From an uncultured Acidobacteriota bacterium (GTDB lineage: Bacteria > Acidobacteriota > Thermoanaerobaculia > Multivoradales > UBA5704): a stretch of DNA of 64,000 bases. Made by a program: the position numbers and the translations under genes. The notes under the pieces are model-generated. The model did no database searches, had not been told where the DNA came from, and saw nothing but the letters and a program-made list of their open reading frames with translations. Positions 38,909 through 47,982 of the stretch are shown in pieces. Positions within the stretch are counted from its first letter, which is position 1; every line of letters begins with the position of its first letter. The stretch lies in contig CAWBWZ010000020.1 in the NCBI GenBank assembly GCA_963792575.1, positions 935,788 through 999,787 on the forward strand. The letters are read 5' to 3'.

Positions 38909-41900
38909 TCATTTACGGAGCGCCTGCCTGGAGGTTCCCACCCCCTTCCATTCCCCCTGTAGAATGAAGCCTGACCAGTAAAACGGGGAGCGCCACGGCT
39001 CGCGCTCGATCATGCGCTCCTGCGCCGATTTTAGAGCAGCCGCGGGCGGAAGGCCCTCAACCAGATATCGATAGAACTGACTCATCAGCTCTGCGCTGGC
39101 GCGATCGTCCACTTTCCAGAGGCTCACCAGGACCGAGGAGGAGCCCCCGACCAGAAACGCCTGTGTCAGACCCACGAGCCCCTCTCCGCGCACGTCCTTT
39201 CCCAGCGCCGTCTGGCAGGCGCTCAACACGACAAGATCAGCGTTCAGCTTAAGATCGTCGATCTCATGGACACGCAGCAGCCCGTCATGCCGCTGCCCTT
39301 GCCGGTCGAACTGCGAGAGAACCAGGCCCGACAATTGTGGATAGACCTCATTGAGAACTCCGTGAGTTACGAAGTGCACGACCCGCGAATCTGACAGGTG
39401 CCCCTGCTTGACCCATTCCCGAGTCGCCCGGAATCCAGAGGCTAGGTCAACGCCGAGCGACTTGGCGAGAGCAAGGGAGCGGACTTGTTGAGCTTCTTCT
39501 CGAGATCTCAGGAGGCGAGAAAGAGGATAAGGCTCCGGCTGGCCAGGTAGCCTCTGCCTCGCCACCGTCGCGGCTTCACGAGGCAATCGCTCATCACCCG
39601 GATTGTAGACGGGGTCCGCCACCATAGACAGGAAACGCTTCCATAAGTGCCGTGCCGTCCGTTGTTTCCGCAGAATGGACAGAACGGAAACCGAAGGCAC
39701 GTTGACCACCTGATGATGCAACACGAGATACGGAAGGGCTACAGCTTCGCGAGCCTTCGACCTCCTGACCGTAGGCTCGAGTAATGCTGAAAACGGAATT
39801 TTCTGGAGCTCACCGTGGGCTACAACCAGGACTCGCTTTCCGACGAGAAGGTGCGCAACCTTCCCCAGAACACAATCGCTGAGACGTTCGAGATCCGCCG
39901 TACTTTTCGGCTCACCTGCCTGCTCAACTCCATTCGCCATGCCCTGATAGACTCTCCGCGCCAATTCACGAAGATCGGAACATTCGATCTCGAAGCCCTG
40001 GAAGGATTCCGGAGTCACGGCCCACACGAAGCTTGCCTCTTCTCCCAGGTAATACTCGACGAGCACCGTCTCCCTGTCCAAGATTCGGTTCTGGATCTCC
40101 CCTAGGGAAAGGGAGGGAGGCAGGCTGAGACTTGGCGTCCGTCCGCCGGCGTTGCGCATCCTGGCTTTGAAGGCTTCGTTCTCTCCGATCAAACGGCGAA
40201 GACGAGCTTCGCCTTCTCTTTTTGCATCCATGGGCATGTCGAGGCGCCGGAGTTGCTGATTCAGTCCGTTGATCTCATCCTGGAGCCTTTGATGCTTCTT
40301 GAGAAGCTCAGGTCTGACGAGTGGATCAGCCCTCTGTCCCTCCTCCTCAGCAAGCGCATCGTAGAGTCCTCGTGCCCGGGCACGCTCACTGGCCTGGAAC
40401 GCCTGCCAAGCGTAACCGGCCCCTGGCCGTATGGAACGCTGCGCCATCAGAAGCTCGATCTTGAGACCGTAAAGATCCTGGTGGTCGGCGAGAAATGACA
40501 CGCGCAAATCGTGGCGTTCCGCTGCGCTGCGCAAGGACTCCGCGACGGCGATCGCTTCATCGATCCTTGCCATCGCGGCGATCGGATTCCCTCTCTTGCG
40601 CTCGGCATAGGCTATGCCATGAAGCAGTTTGGCCTCTGTCGGCTTGTTTCCCCCTTCGCGAGCTAGAAGAAGAGCTTCGTTGAAGATCTTGAGAGCTATC
40701 TCGGTTCGATCCTGAATGGCATGGATCCAGCCCAGATTCACCAGGGAATCGATCTCATCTTTCCGGTCTCCGCCATCCCGGAAGATCTGGGTGGATCGTT
40801 GGAACGCGTTCAACGCATCGCCTAATCGATTGAGACGAAAGTAGGTTGTACCGAGACTGCTCAAGGTGACTCCCTCACCATTGGTGTCTCGGATCTGCTT
40901 GCGGAGCACCAAGGCTTGATCGGCGATGGAGAGCGCCTCCTCCAGCCTTCCCTTGTCCCGGTAGAGCCCTGCTTTCTGCGTGAGAATGATGGCCCGGTTT
41001 TTCAAGTCCGAAGGGGCCACCAGCCGTAGCGCGAGCTCGGTGTCGTCCAGAGCCGAATCCGTCATTCCCATGGAAAGATAGGACCACCCTCTTCCATTAA
41101 ATGCTTGACTTTCGAGGCCCCAGGCCTTCTGTCGATCGAAGCCTTTAATCGCTTGGCTGAAGTGATCCAGAGATTTTTCATATTTACCAAGAGACTGCTC
41201 CATCCGCGCGAGGTTATAGACTGCGGTGATTTCTCCGCTCTGGTCATGGAGACGTCGCCGGATCTCCAACTCCTGAACAAAGAGAGACTCGGCCTGCTGG
41301 AGCTTGCCCTGCCCGTCATAATTCATCGCCATTTCCATCAGAACATTGGCTTGTCCCTGAAAGTCTCGCAAGGCGACCCGCAAGGTGGCGGATTGCTGAT
41401 AGGCCTGGAGAGCTCCGGGGGAATCATGGGCCGCTTCTCGCAACTGCCCCAACAGCTCGAAAGCATCCGCCTGACGGGCCTTGTTGCCCAGGTCTTGCCA
41501 GTTCTGGAGGGCGTACCGCAGATCTGGCTCCGCCTCTTTCAACGAGCCCTTCCGCAGGAGCCCCTTCCCAGTATAAAAAGCTTCCTCAGCCTGAGCGTTC
41601 TTGCGCTCACGATCATCGGCAACCCGAAGGGCCTCGACGCGAAGGGTATAACTTCCCGCCCTCTTTCCTCCGCTGCCGTCCTCGATCCGGACGCCATAGA
41701 GGCCTTCCGCTCGCGCCACGAAAAAGAGGTGCTCCGTCTTGAAGGGGTAGAACTGGGTATCTACACGGAACAGATCGTTACGCCCGGGATCAAACCATAC
41801 GAGCGCGACATCGGCATCGATCGGTTTCGCCGAGAGGTGGACGAATTGCCCTTTCTTCAGCCGCACTCGATAAACTTTCCCCGTGTCGCGCGGTAGTTCT

Positions 41901-42049
41901 CCCTGCTCGATGGGGCCGAGGAGATGTATGGGGGTATCGGGCGGGTCAGAACGAGTTAGCAAGCGTCCCTGGCTGGGCAGGAGCTCGAACCCGACCACGG
42001 GGCTCAGCGCAAGGACACCGAGGAGAAGACGGTTCACAGTACGGAACAT
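38909..42049 (-). CDS. secreted TPR-repeat CHAT-domain protease with an N-terminal beta-sandwich (pre-peptidase PPC-like) domain
   Basis: GGAGGAG SD and signal peptide MFRTVNRLLLGVLALSPVVG. About 15 TPR-like repeats. C-terminal CHAT dyad context VVHFVTHGV and LVVLSACQTALG. Clearly lower GC (sample line 41101-41160 is 53%). Confidence 0.85.
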   Translation of the reverse strand: MFRTVNRLLLGVLALSPVVGFELLPSQGRLLTRSDPPDTPIHLLGPIEQGELPRDTGKVYRVRLKKGQFVHLSAKPIDADVALVWFDPGRNDLFRVDTQFYPFKTEHLFFVARAEGLYGVRIEDGSGGKRAGSYTLRVEALRVADDRERKNAQAEEAFYTGKGLLRKGSLKEAEPDLRYALQNWQDLGNKARQADAFELLGQLREAAHDSPGALQAYQQSATLRVALRDFQGQANVLMEMAMNYDGQGKLQQAESLFVQELEIRRRLHDQSGEITAVYNLARMEQSLGKYEKSLDHFSQAIKGFDRQKAWGLESQAFNGRGWSYLSMGMTDSALDDTELALRLVAPSDLKNRAIILTQKAGLYRDKGRLEEALSIADQALVLRKQIRDTNGEGVTLSSLGTTYFRLNRLGDALNAFQRSTQIFRDGGDRKDEIDSLVNLGWIHAIQDRTEIALKIFNEALLLAREGGNKPTEAKLLHGIAYAERKRGNPIAAMARIDEAIAVAESLRSAAERHDLRVSFLADHQDLYGLKIELLMAQRSIRPGAGYAWQAFQASERARARGLYDALAEEEGQRADPLVRPELLKKHQRLQDEINGLNQQLRRLDMPMDAKREGEARLRRLIGENEAFKARMRNAGGRTPSLSLPPSLSLGEIQNRILDRETVLVEYYLGEEASFVWAVTPESFQGFEIECSDLRELARRVYQGMANGVEQAGEPKSTADLERLSDCVLGKVAHLLVGKRVLVVAHGELQKIPFSALLEPTVRRSKAREAVALPYLVLHHQVVNVPSVSVLSILRKQRTARHLWKRFLSMVADPVYNPGDERLPREAATVARQRLPGQPEPYPLSRLLRSREEAQQVRSLALAKSLGVDLASGFRATREWVKQGHLSDSRVVHFVTHGVLNEVYPQLSGLVLSQFDRQGQRHDGLLRVHEIDDLKLNADLVVLSACQTALGKDVRGEGLVGLTQAFLVGGSSSVLVSLWKVDDRASAELMSQFYRYLVEGLPPAAALKSAQERMIEREPWRSPFYWSGFILQGEWKGVGTSRQALRK

Positions 42050-42178
42050 GAGGCTCCTCCATTCGAGAGCAGCTCAGCAAGCGCCAGGTAAGTACCTGGC
42101 TAGCCGAGCCGACTCGTACGTGCAATTGAATCTACTTATTATACTTGGAGTTGCCGCTCAAGAGGCAGGTCATTTTCC

Positions 42179-42961
42179 TTAGCTTCCTGATGACTTGGAT
42201 ATGACGCGTGCCAGGTATTCCTCAAGCAAATCCAAACTGCCCCCATGGGCCCCGACCAGACGAAATGTATACGAACCCGGTTTCAAGAAGTTTTCAGGAA
42301 TAATTATGGTCAATTTGCCATGTTCATCTTTGCGCAGGGCTTTCTCCCAGATCGGCTTGTCCTCGCTGTCCATGATCTGGACTCTATATTCGCCGTACTC
42401 CTTGGGAGCTGACGTTTCGAGATTCACCCGGACAGTGCGATCCGCTGGCAGCTCGAAAGCTTCGCCGCGAATGCTCCGCAGGCTGATCGTTTGCGGATTC
42501 ACGATCGGCTGCCGCAGCTCCGCCACTTGGCTCCGAAGCTCAGTCACTTCTTCCCGGTGTGAGCTGATCATTTGCAAGAAGGAGAGTCCCAGTAGGATCA
42601 GGGCCCCGGCCAGAGAAGCCGCGAGCGGCTGTGCGAAGCGCTTTCGTGGCTTGGCCTTTGCTGGCTGCGGGAGGTGATCCCGCAACTGCCGCCAGTCTGC
42701 CGCGGCCTCGAAGTCGACCACCGGCTCGGTGGCCACCGCCGGCGGCTTGAGGAACTCCTCCAGATCCAGGAGCAGCTCCGTGCAGTGCTGGCAGACGGCG
42801 AGGTGGTCCTGGATCCGCTCATCCTGCTCCGGAGTCAGCTCGTTCGCCTGGTAGGCGGACAGCTCTTCCGGACTGGGATGCTCCTCGGGGTCGCGCCGCT
42901 GGCGGCCATCCTCGGCAAGAAAGCCGAGCATCTCGTCCAGATCCTGGGTCTCGTCGCTCAC
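42179..42961 (-). CDS. anti-sigma factor (zf-HC2), single TM helix, beta-rich extracytoplasmic domain
   Basis: GTG start overlaps the sigma stop (GTGA). HLAVCQHCTELL is the zf-HC2 motif. TM segment LAASLAGALILLGLSFLQMI. About 130 aa lie outside the membrane. Confidence 0.8.
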   Translation of the reverse strand: MSDETQDLDEMLGFLAEDGRQRRDPEEHPSPEELSAYQANELTPEQDERIQDHLAVCQHCTELLLDLEEFLKPPAVATEPVVDFEAAADWRQLRDHLPQPAKAKPRKRFAQPLAASLAGALILLGLSFLQMISSHREEVTELRSQVAELRQPIVNPQTISLRSIRGEAFELPADRTVRVNLETSAPKEYGEYRVQIMDSEDKPIWEKALRKDEHGKLTIIIPENFLKPGSYTFRLVGAHGGSLDLLEEYLARVISKSSGS

Positions 42962-43644
42962 AATGGTTCCTCTCCCCCGTCGCCCAGCTTCTCGATGAGC
43001 CGTTTGCGGGCCTGATGGAGGTGCGCCTTGACGGTCTCGATGGAGATCTTCATGACCGTCGCGATCTCCTGGTACTTCAGCCCTCTTACATAGCGCAGCA
43101 TGCAACAGGTCCGCATCTGGGGCGGCAGTTCCCGCAGGGCCGAGCGCAGGCGCGCGCGTCGCTCCCCCTTAATCATGGAGTCCAGCGCGCTCTGCTCCTG
43201 TGAGACCGGCTCCACGACCTGGGCAGCAACGCCGCCCCCATCCTCCGGAGAGACATTGATCGACACCTCCACCGCATCCCGCTTCTCCGCTCCCTTCCTC
43301 CGGAGCTCGTTCCGGAAGGCGTTGGCGGCGATCTCGAACAGCCATCTTTCAAACCTGGATTCACGTCGAAAGGTGGCTATAGCTTGAAAGACACGAGAAA
43401 AGACATCCTGGGTGAGGTCGCGGCTTTCTTCAGGAGAACAGTGCTTGCGGCGGAAAAAATTAATGATCTTCCGATAGTGCAGCTCGTAAAGCTGCCGGGA
43501 GTTCTCCTCGACATCGATGCCCGCCTGGATCTGCTCGATCAGACGGAGGCTGGGGTCCTGGTCGTCCAAGGCTGGGGTTAAACCGTTCGGGAGCTCAATG
43601 GGGTGTCCGCGCCCATCGCTGGATGCGTAGAAAGATTGCGACAT
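42958..43644 (-). CDS. ECF (group IV) sigma-70 family factor
   Basis: Region 2 (LYELHYRKIINFFRRK..DLTQDVFSRVF) and region 4 (YQEIATVMKISIETVKAHLHQARKRL). The start is taken at the internal Met. The ORF-track start at 43716 overlaps the predicted -10 element. Confidence 0.85.
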   Translation of the reverse strand: MSQSFYASSDGRGHPIELPNGLTPALDDQDPSLRLIEQIQAGIDVEENSRQLYELHYRKIINFFRRKHCSPEESRDLTQDVFSRVFQAIATFRRESRFERWLFEIAANAFRNELRRKGAEKRDAVEVSINVSPEDGGGVAAQVVEPVSQEQSALDSMIKGERRARLRSALRELPPQMRTCCMLRYVRGLKYQEIATVMKISIETVKAHLHQARKRLIEKLGDGGEEPL

Positions 43645-43711
43645 CGAGATGCCTGGAATCCGACCCAAGGTACAGAAGATGACGCCAAAGTATAGGAAAA
43701 TCTCCTTAGTG

Positions 43712-43741
43712 AACATATGTCTTCCCAGCTGAATCTGTCAA
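43712..43741 (-). promoter_or_regulatory. sigma70-type promoter upstream of the ECF sigma gene
   Basis: Minus strand reads TTGACA, an 18-nt spacer, then TATGTT. Confidence 0.45.
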
Positions 43742-43759
43742 TCGGGATAGACTTCTCCC

Positions 43760-44152
43760 ATGTCGTGGACTCTCCTGATGGCCGACGAAGAGGGGACCCC
43801 GCTGCAGGAGACCTTCGTCATCCTCGACGACGAGCTGGTGGGCTATCTTTCCGGGCTCACGGGGTTCCCCGTCTTCCAGGGGCTCCGGGGGCTCGATCCC
43901 GCCGAGGAGACGTGGATCGACGCGGAGGTCCGGGGGATGTGGGAGCTGGAGATCGCGGAGCTCGCGATGCGCGCCCGGAAGCGGGAGATCCCCGAGCCCC
44001 CGGAGTGGGTCGGGCTGGAGGGGACGGACGACATCCGCCTCGGCGAGGAGCTCGGCTGGCGCGGGCTCCTCGACTTCCTGCAGCGGCTCGAGCACCTCCT
44101 CCATCTCTCCCGGACGATGGGGATGGAGCTCTGGGCCCTCCCCAACGACTAG
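43760..44152 (+). CDS. hypothetical acidic protein (130 aa)
   Basis: Intact ORF with strong GC3 bias. No SD and no family recognised. Divergent from the ECF operon. Confidence 0.5.
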   Translation: MSWTLLMADEEGTPLQETFVILDDELVGYLSGLTGFPVFQGLRGLDPAEETWIDAEVRGMWELEIAELAMRARKREIPEPPEWVGLEGTDDIRLGEELGWRGLLDFLQRLEHLLHLSRTMGMELWALPND

Positions 44153-44157
44153 AGCAC

Positions 44158-45216
44158 CTAGCTCACCGGCGGCTCCACCGGCGCACCGAACATCTCCTTC
44201 CCCAGGACGTCGCACTGCTGGAGGAAGCTCTCTTCCAGGACGGCGCGCTCGGCCTCCGGCAGGAAGGACTGCCGGAGGGCGGCCAGCGAGAAGCCGGCCA
44301 GCTCGGCCGGGGAGTAGCCGAAGGTCTGGTGCAGGCGCAGGTATTCGAGGGTGAGATTGGTGTTGAAGAAGGTCGGGTCGTCCGAGTTGACGGAGAGCGC
44401 CAGCCCCGACCGGTAGAGCCGGTCGAAGGCATGGCTCGGCAGGTCAGGAACCACCCCCAGGCAGACGTTGGAGGTCGGGCAGACCTCGAGCGGGATCTGC
44501 GCCCCCCGCAGCTCCTCGATCAGGACCGGATCCTCGATCGCCCGCACGCCGTGGCCGATGCGCTCGGCGGCGCAGACGTCGAGGACCGAACGGATCGACT
44601 CCGGGCCGGCGTGCTCTCCGGCGTGCGCCACGCGGTGGAGACCCTCCCTCTTCGCAGCCACGAAATGGTCGCGGAACGGCTCGTTCGGGTAGAGCCGCTC
44701 GCTCCCGGAAAGACCCAGCGCCGCCACCACCCCCCGCTTCCAGCCGGCGAGAGCCCAATCGAGCGTGCGGTCCGCGGGCTCGACGCCGACGTTGCGCACG
44801 ATGTCCGGGATCAGGCGCAGAGTGACGCCATGGCGCCGCTCCCCTTCCGCGATCGCCTCGGCCAGGGCCGCGAGCACCTCGTCGCCGTTGACGCCGTTGG
44901 CGAGGTGGGTCGAGATCGTGAAGTGAACCTCGGTATAGACGACGTTCTGGTACGCCTGCTCGGTCAGGAAGTCGAGCGCCAGGAGCTGGAAGTCCTCCGG
45001 GGACCGCAGCGCCCGCGAGCAGGCGAGGTAGACCTGGACGAAGTGCTCGAAGTCGGTGAAGCGGAACCAGCGCTTGAGACCCGCCTCGTCCTGGGCCGGC
45101 AGCTCGATGCCGTTGCGCCGCGCCAGCTCCAGCAGCACGGCCGGGCGCATCGAGCCCTCCAGATGGACATGGAGCTCGACCTTGGGGAGGCGCAGCAGGA
45201 AGCGCTCGAGGCTCAC
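44158..45216 (-). CDS. add: adenosine deaminase
   Basis: LPKVELHVHLEGS, HAGE, EVCPTSN and SVNSDDPTFF motifs. The ORF is intact. Confidence 0.9.
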   Translation of the reverse strand: MSLERFLLRLPKVELHVHLEGSMRPAVLLELARRNGIELPAQDEAGLKRWFRFTDFEHFVQVYLACSRALRSPEDFQLLALDFLTEQAYQNVVYTEVHFTISTHLANGVNGDEVLAALAEAIAEGERRHGVTLRLIPDIVRNVGVEPADRTLDWALAGWKRGVVAALGLSGSERLYPNEPFRDHFVAAKREGLHRVAHAGEHAGPESIRSVLDVCAAERIGHGVRAIEDPVLIEELRGAQIPLEVCPTSNVCLGVVPDLPSHAFDRLYRSGLALSVNSDDPTFFNTNLTLEYLRLHQTFGYSPAELAGFSLAALRQSFLPEAERAVLEESFLQQCDVLGKEMFGAPVEPPVS

Positions 45217-45728
45217 GCGGTCTCCCCCGGGCCTGCCGTGGCTGCCGCCTTGGGCGGCAGCCGCCGCCGCAGCCTGGCGAGCACCGGCTCGGGAACCAGC
45301 CCGGTCAGATCGCCGCCCAGCGAGAAGACCTCCTTCACCAGGCGGCTCGAGAGGTAGGTGTAATCCTCCCGGGGCATCATGAACACGGTCTCGACTTGCG
45401 GGTTGAGACGCCGGTTCATCAGCGCCATCTGGAACTCGTACTCGAAGTCCGAGATGGCGCGCAGCCCGCGCACCACGGCGCGGGCGCCCACCTGATCCAT
45501 GAAGTCGACCAGCAGGCCGGAAAAGCTCTCGACCCGGACTTCGCCGGTGACCATCTCGCGGATCGACTCGATCCGCTCCTCGACGGAGAACAGGGGCTGC
45601 TTGCCTTCGTTGCGCAGCACCGCCACGACCACTTCATCGAACAGCGGACGGCAACGCTCGATGATGTCGAGGTGGCCGTTGTGCATGGGGTCGAACGACC
45701 CGGGGTAGACCGCGATCCGCTTGCTCAT
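45213..45728 (-). CDS. coaD: phosphopantetheine adenylyltransferase
   Basis: IAVYPGSFDPMHNGHLDIIER and ISDFEYEFQMALMNR motifs. The ORF is intact. Confidence 0.9.
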   Translation of the reverse strand: MSKRIAVYPGSFDPMHNGHLDIIERCRPLFDEVVVAVLRNEGKQPLFSVEERIESIREMVTGEVRVESFSGLLVDFMDQVGARAVVRGLRAISDFEYEFQMALMNRRLNPQVETVFMMPREDYTYLSSRLVKEVFSLGGDLTGLVPEPVLARLRRRLPPKAAATAGPGETA

Positions 45729-47982
45729 CGCTCCTGGCTGAGATTGAAGGTGATGACGTTATGCGCGGCATCGGTGACCCGGAGCAGCATCAGGTCCCCC
45801 GGCTTGCCGGTCTCGATCAGCAGGGTCTCGGTGCGTCCGTCGAGCAGCCCGTCGGCCGCCCGCACCGGCTTCCACTCTTGCGCGTTGATGCTGACGGCGG
45901 CCTCCCGCAACGGGCTCTCGGCATCGCGTACCGTGACCCGCAGGAGCTTGCCGTCCTTCTCTGTCTTCACCAGCCCCGCAGGCGTGTGGTCGATCACCAC
46001 CGGGTCGCTCACCCGCTCGGCCACGAGGGCGGTCGTCGGGATCGTTCGACGGCAGGTCGGAGGCCCGGAGACGGAAGCGGTAGATCCCGTCGGGCAGCGA
46101 CAGTGGCGTCGAAGCTGTAGTGATCTTCCTTGAGATCTTTCACCACCGCGAGCCACTCCCCCTCCCTGTCGCCGGCCGTGGAGGCCGGGCGGAAGGAGAG
46201 ATCGTAGACCAGATCGTCCTCGTTGGGATCGGCCGCCGTCCAGCGCAGCGTCTGGTAGCCGAGCTTCCAGAGCATCTTGCTGCGCCCGCCGGAGTCGTCG
46301 TCGGCCGCGGGCGTCAGGCTGGTGAAGATCCCAGTCGCGGTTGGGATGGGCCGGCTCGAAGACCTGGCTGGCCGGATTGAAGTTGGCCGGCACCAGGATC
46401 TGCCCCGGATCGAGCACCTGGACACCGCCGATCTTGGGGCTCAGGTTCTCCTGCCGGTAGGAGAGCTCGGTCTCGTAGATCCGGGGCGAGGCCGCTTCTG
46501 CCTTACCTGCGGTAGCCCCCTCCCGCAGCTCCACCCGCCACTGTACGAAGCGCCCCCGGGGCAGCCCGGTCAGCGGGATCTCCCGGCCTTCGCGCGGCTC
46601 GGTCCAGGAGGACCAGGTGCGGTCGGGCTCGGCGCTGACGCCGCTGCGGAACGAGAAGCGCGCCGCGCTGCCCGGGGGCAGATCCCCTTCCCAGGAGAAG
46701 GTGCCGAAACGCGCCACCTGCTCGGCGTCGAGCGCGGCGCTGGTGTAGGTACCGGCGCGTCTCGGTCCCCGCCGTCACCCGGTAGAGGGCGGCGGCATTG
46801 GTGGTGGCGAAGGCCGGCCCCGGTTCCCCCGCCAGCACGGCCACGATCTGCCGCTCGTCGACGTCCTTCTCCAGAAGCATCTGCTGGTCGGCCCAGCGAT
46901 AGAGCTTCCCCTCGAGCCCGGTCGCCACCCAGAGATTGCCGTTCTGCCAGAGCAGGCTGTAGACCGTATCCTCGGGGAAGCTCCAGAGGCTCTCGACCAC
47001 GCCGGAAGGGGAGATCGAGAGCACCTGGCTGCGCGGGGTCGCCGCGGCTCCGCCCTTGCGCCCGGTCCCGACCGTCGGCGCCTCGACCGGTTCGACGGAG
47101 ACGGAGACCTGCGGCTGGCTGCCGCCGGCGCCCGCTCGCCGGCCCGGAGCGGCGGCGGCCGGAGCTGCCGCGGCAGCCTGATCCTTGGCTTGGTCCACCA
47201 GGCTCGCCTCGGAGGCGATCACGGCGGCGTAGCAGGTGCCGTCCGCCGTCGCCGCCAGGGAGACGACCTCGGGCTCCTGGGCGTCATAGAGGGTGCGCGC
47301 CCGGCCATCGGGGCTGATCCGCAGGATCAGACCCTCGCCGGCGGTGCCGGCCAGGACATCCCCGCCAGGAAGGGAGGCGAGCGTCCGGATGTGGGTGTCG
47401 TCGCTGTCGAAGAGGACCGAGCCCTTCCCCCTGGCGTCGACGCGGAAGAGCTTGCCCTCGGTGCCGGTGCCCACCAGCAGGGAGCCGTCGGCGGCGCGCG
47501 CGAGGGCCCAGATGTAGGTGGCCTTGGGATCGAAGAAGGGCTCGGCTTTAGCTGCTTTCCCCCCTTGGGCCGGCGGGATCCGGTAGACCTTGCCGTTGGG
47601 GCGAGGTGCCGGCGTAGACGGTGCCGTCCGGATCGGACCAGACGGCGAAGATCTCGGGCTCGGGGGCGGTGAACAGCTCGGTGACGCCCCCCTTGCGATC
47701 GATCTTCAGCACCTTGCCGGCATTGCCGGTGCCCACCACCCAGCCGTCCCGATGGACGGCGGCGGAGAGCAGAAAGGGCTCGGCGACCGAGGCCACGCGG
47801 TCGACCTTGGGGGCGAGCTGCATGCGGCCGAGCGCATCGATGCTGACGCCGTCGAGGGTGCCGGCGAGAAAGGCCGTCTGGCTACGGGCCTGGAAGATCT
47901 TCACTTGCGTGCCGCTTGCCGGCAGGACGGCCGCGGCCAGCAGCAGCCCCGCGGCCAGGATGTTGAATCGCGCTCTCCTCAT
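45725..47982 (-). pseudogene. secreted beta-propeller repeat protein, disrupted by frameshifts
   Basis: Signal peptide MRRARFNILAAGLLLAAAVLPASG (tail of ORF 47548..49236). Repeats of the type GTGNAGKVLKID, GTGTEGKLFRVD and ATGLEGKLYRW (46503..47474). C-terminal part lies in 45725..46717. Confidence 0.65.

Noticed and set aside
38526-38912. N-terminal 129 codons of ORF 38076..38912
   Set aside because: It is an Arg/Ser/Pro-rich stretch with no SD at 38912. A good SD plus signal peptide occurs at the internal Met (38525), and a better small ORF exists in another frame.
42138-42143. Perfect TATAAT upstream of the TPR-CHAT gene as an internal promoter
   Set aside because: No acceptable -35 element lies at 16-18 nt and there is no ECF-type GGAAC...CGTC pair. 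A lone hexamer in AT-richer DNA is weak evidence.
36004-43716. Bacterial gasdermin, CBASS, or type III-E Craspase-like system
   Set aside because: No gasdermin-sized pore-forming candidate, cyclase, cas gene or CRISPR array lies in or near the operon. The architecture instead centres on an ECF sigma / anti-sigma pair.
43717-45357. 546-aa plus-strand ORF spanning the hypothetical gene and the antisense of add
   Set aside because: It overlaps an intact adenosine deaminase on the other strand. Only the separate frame 43760..44152 shows coding-like codon usage.
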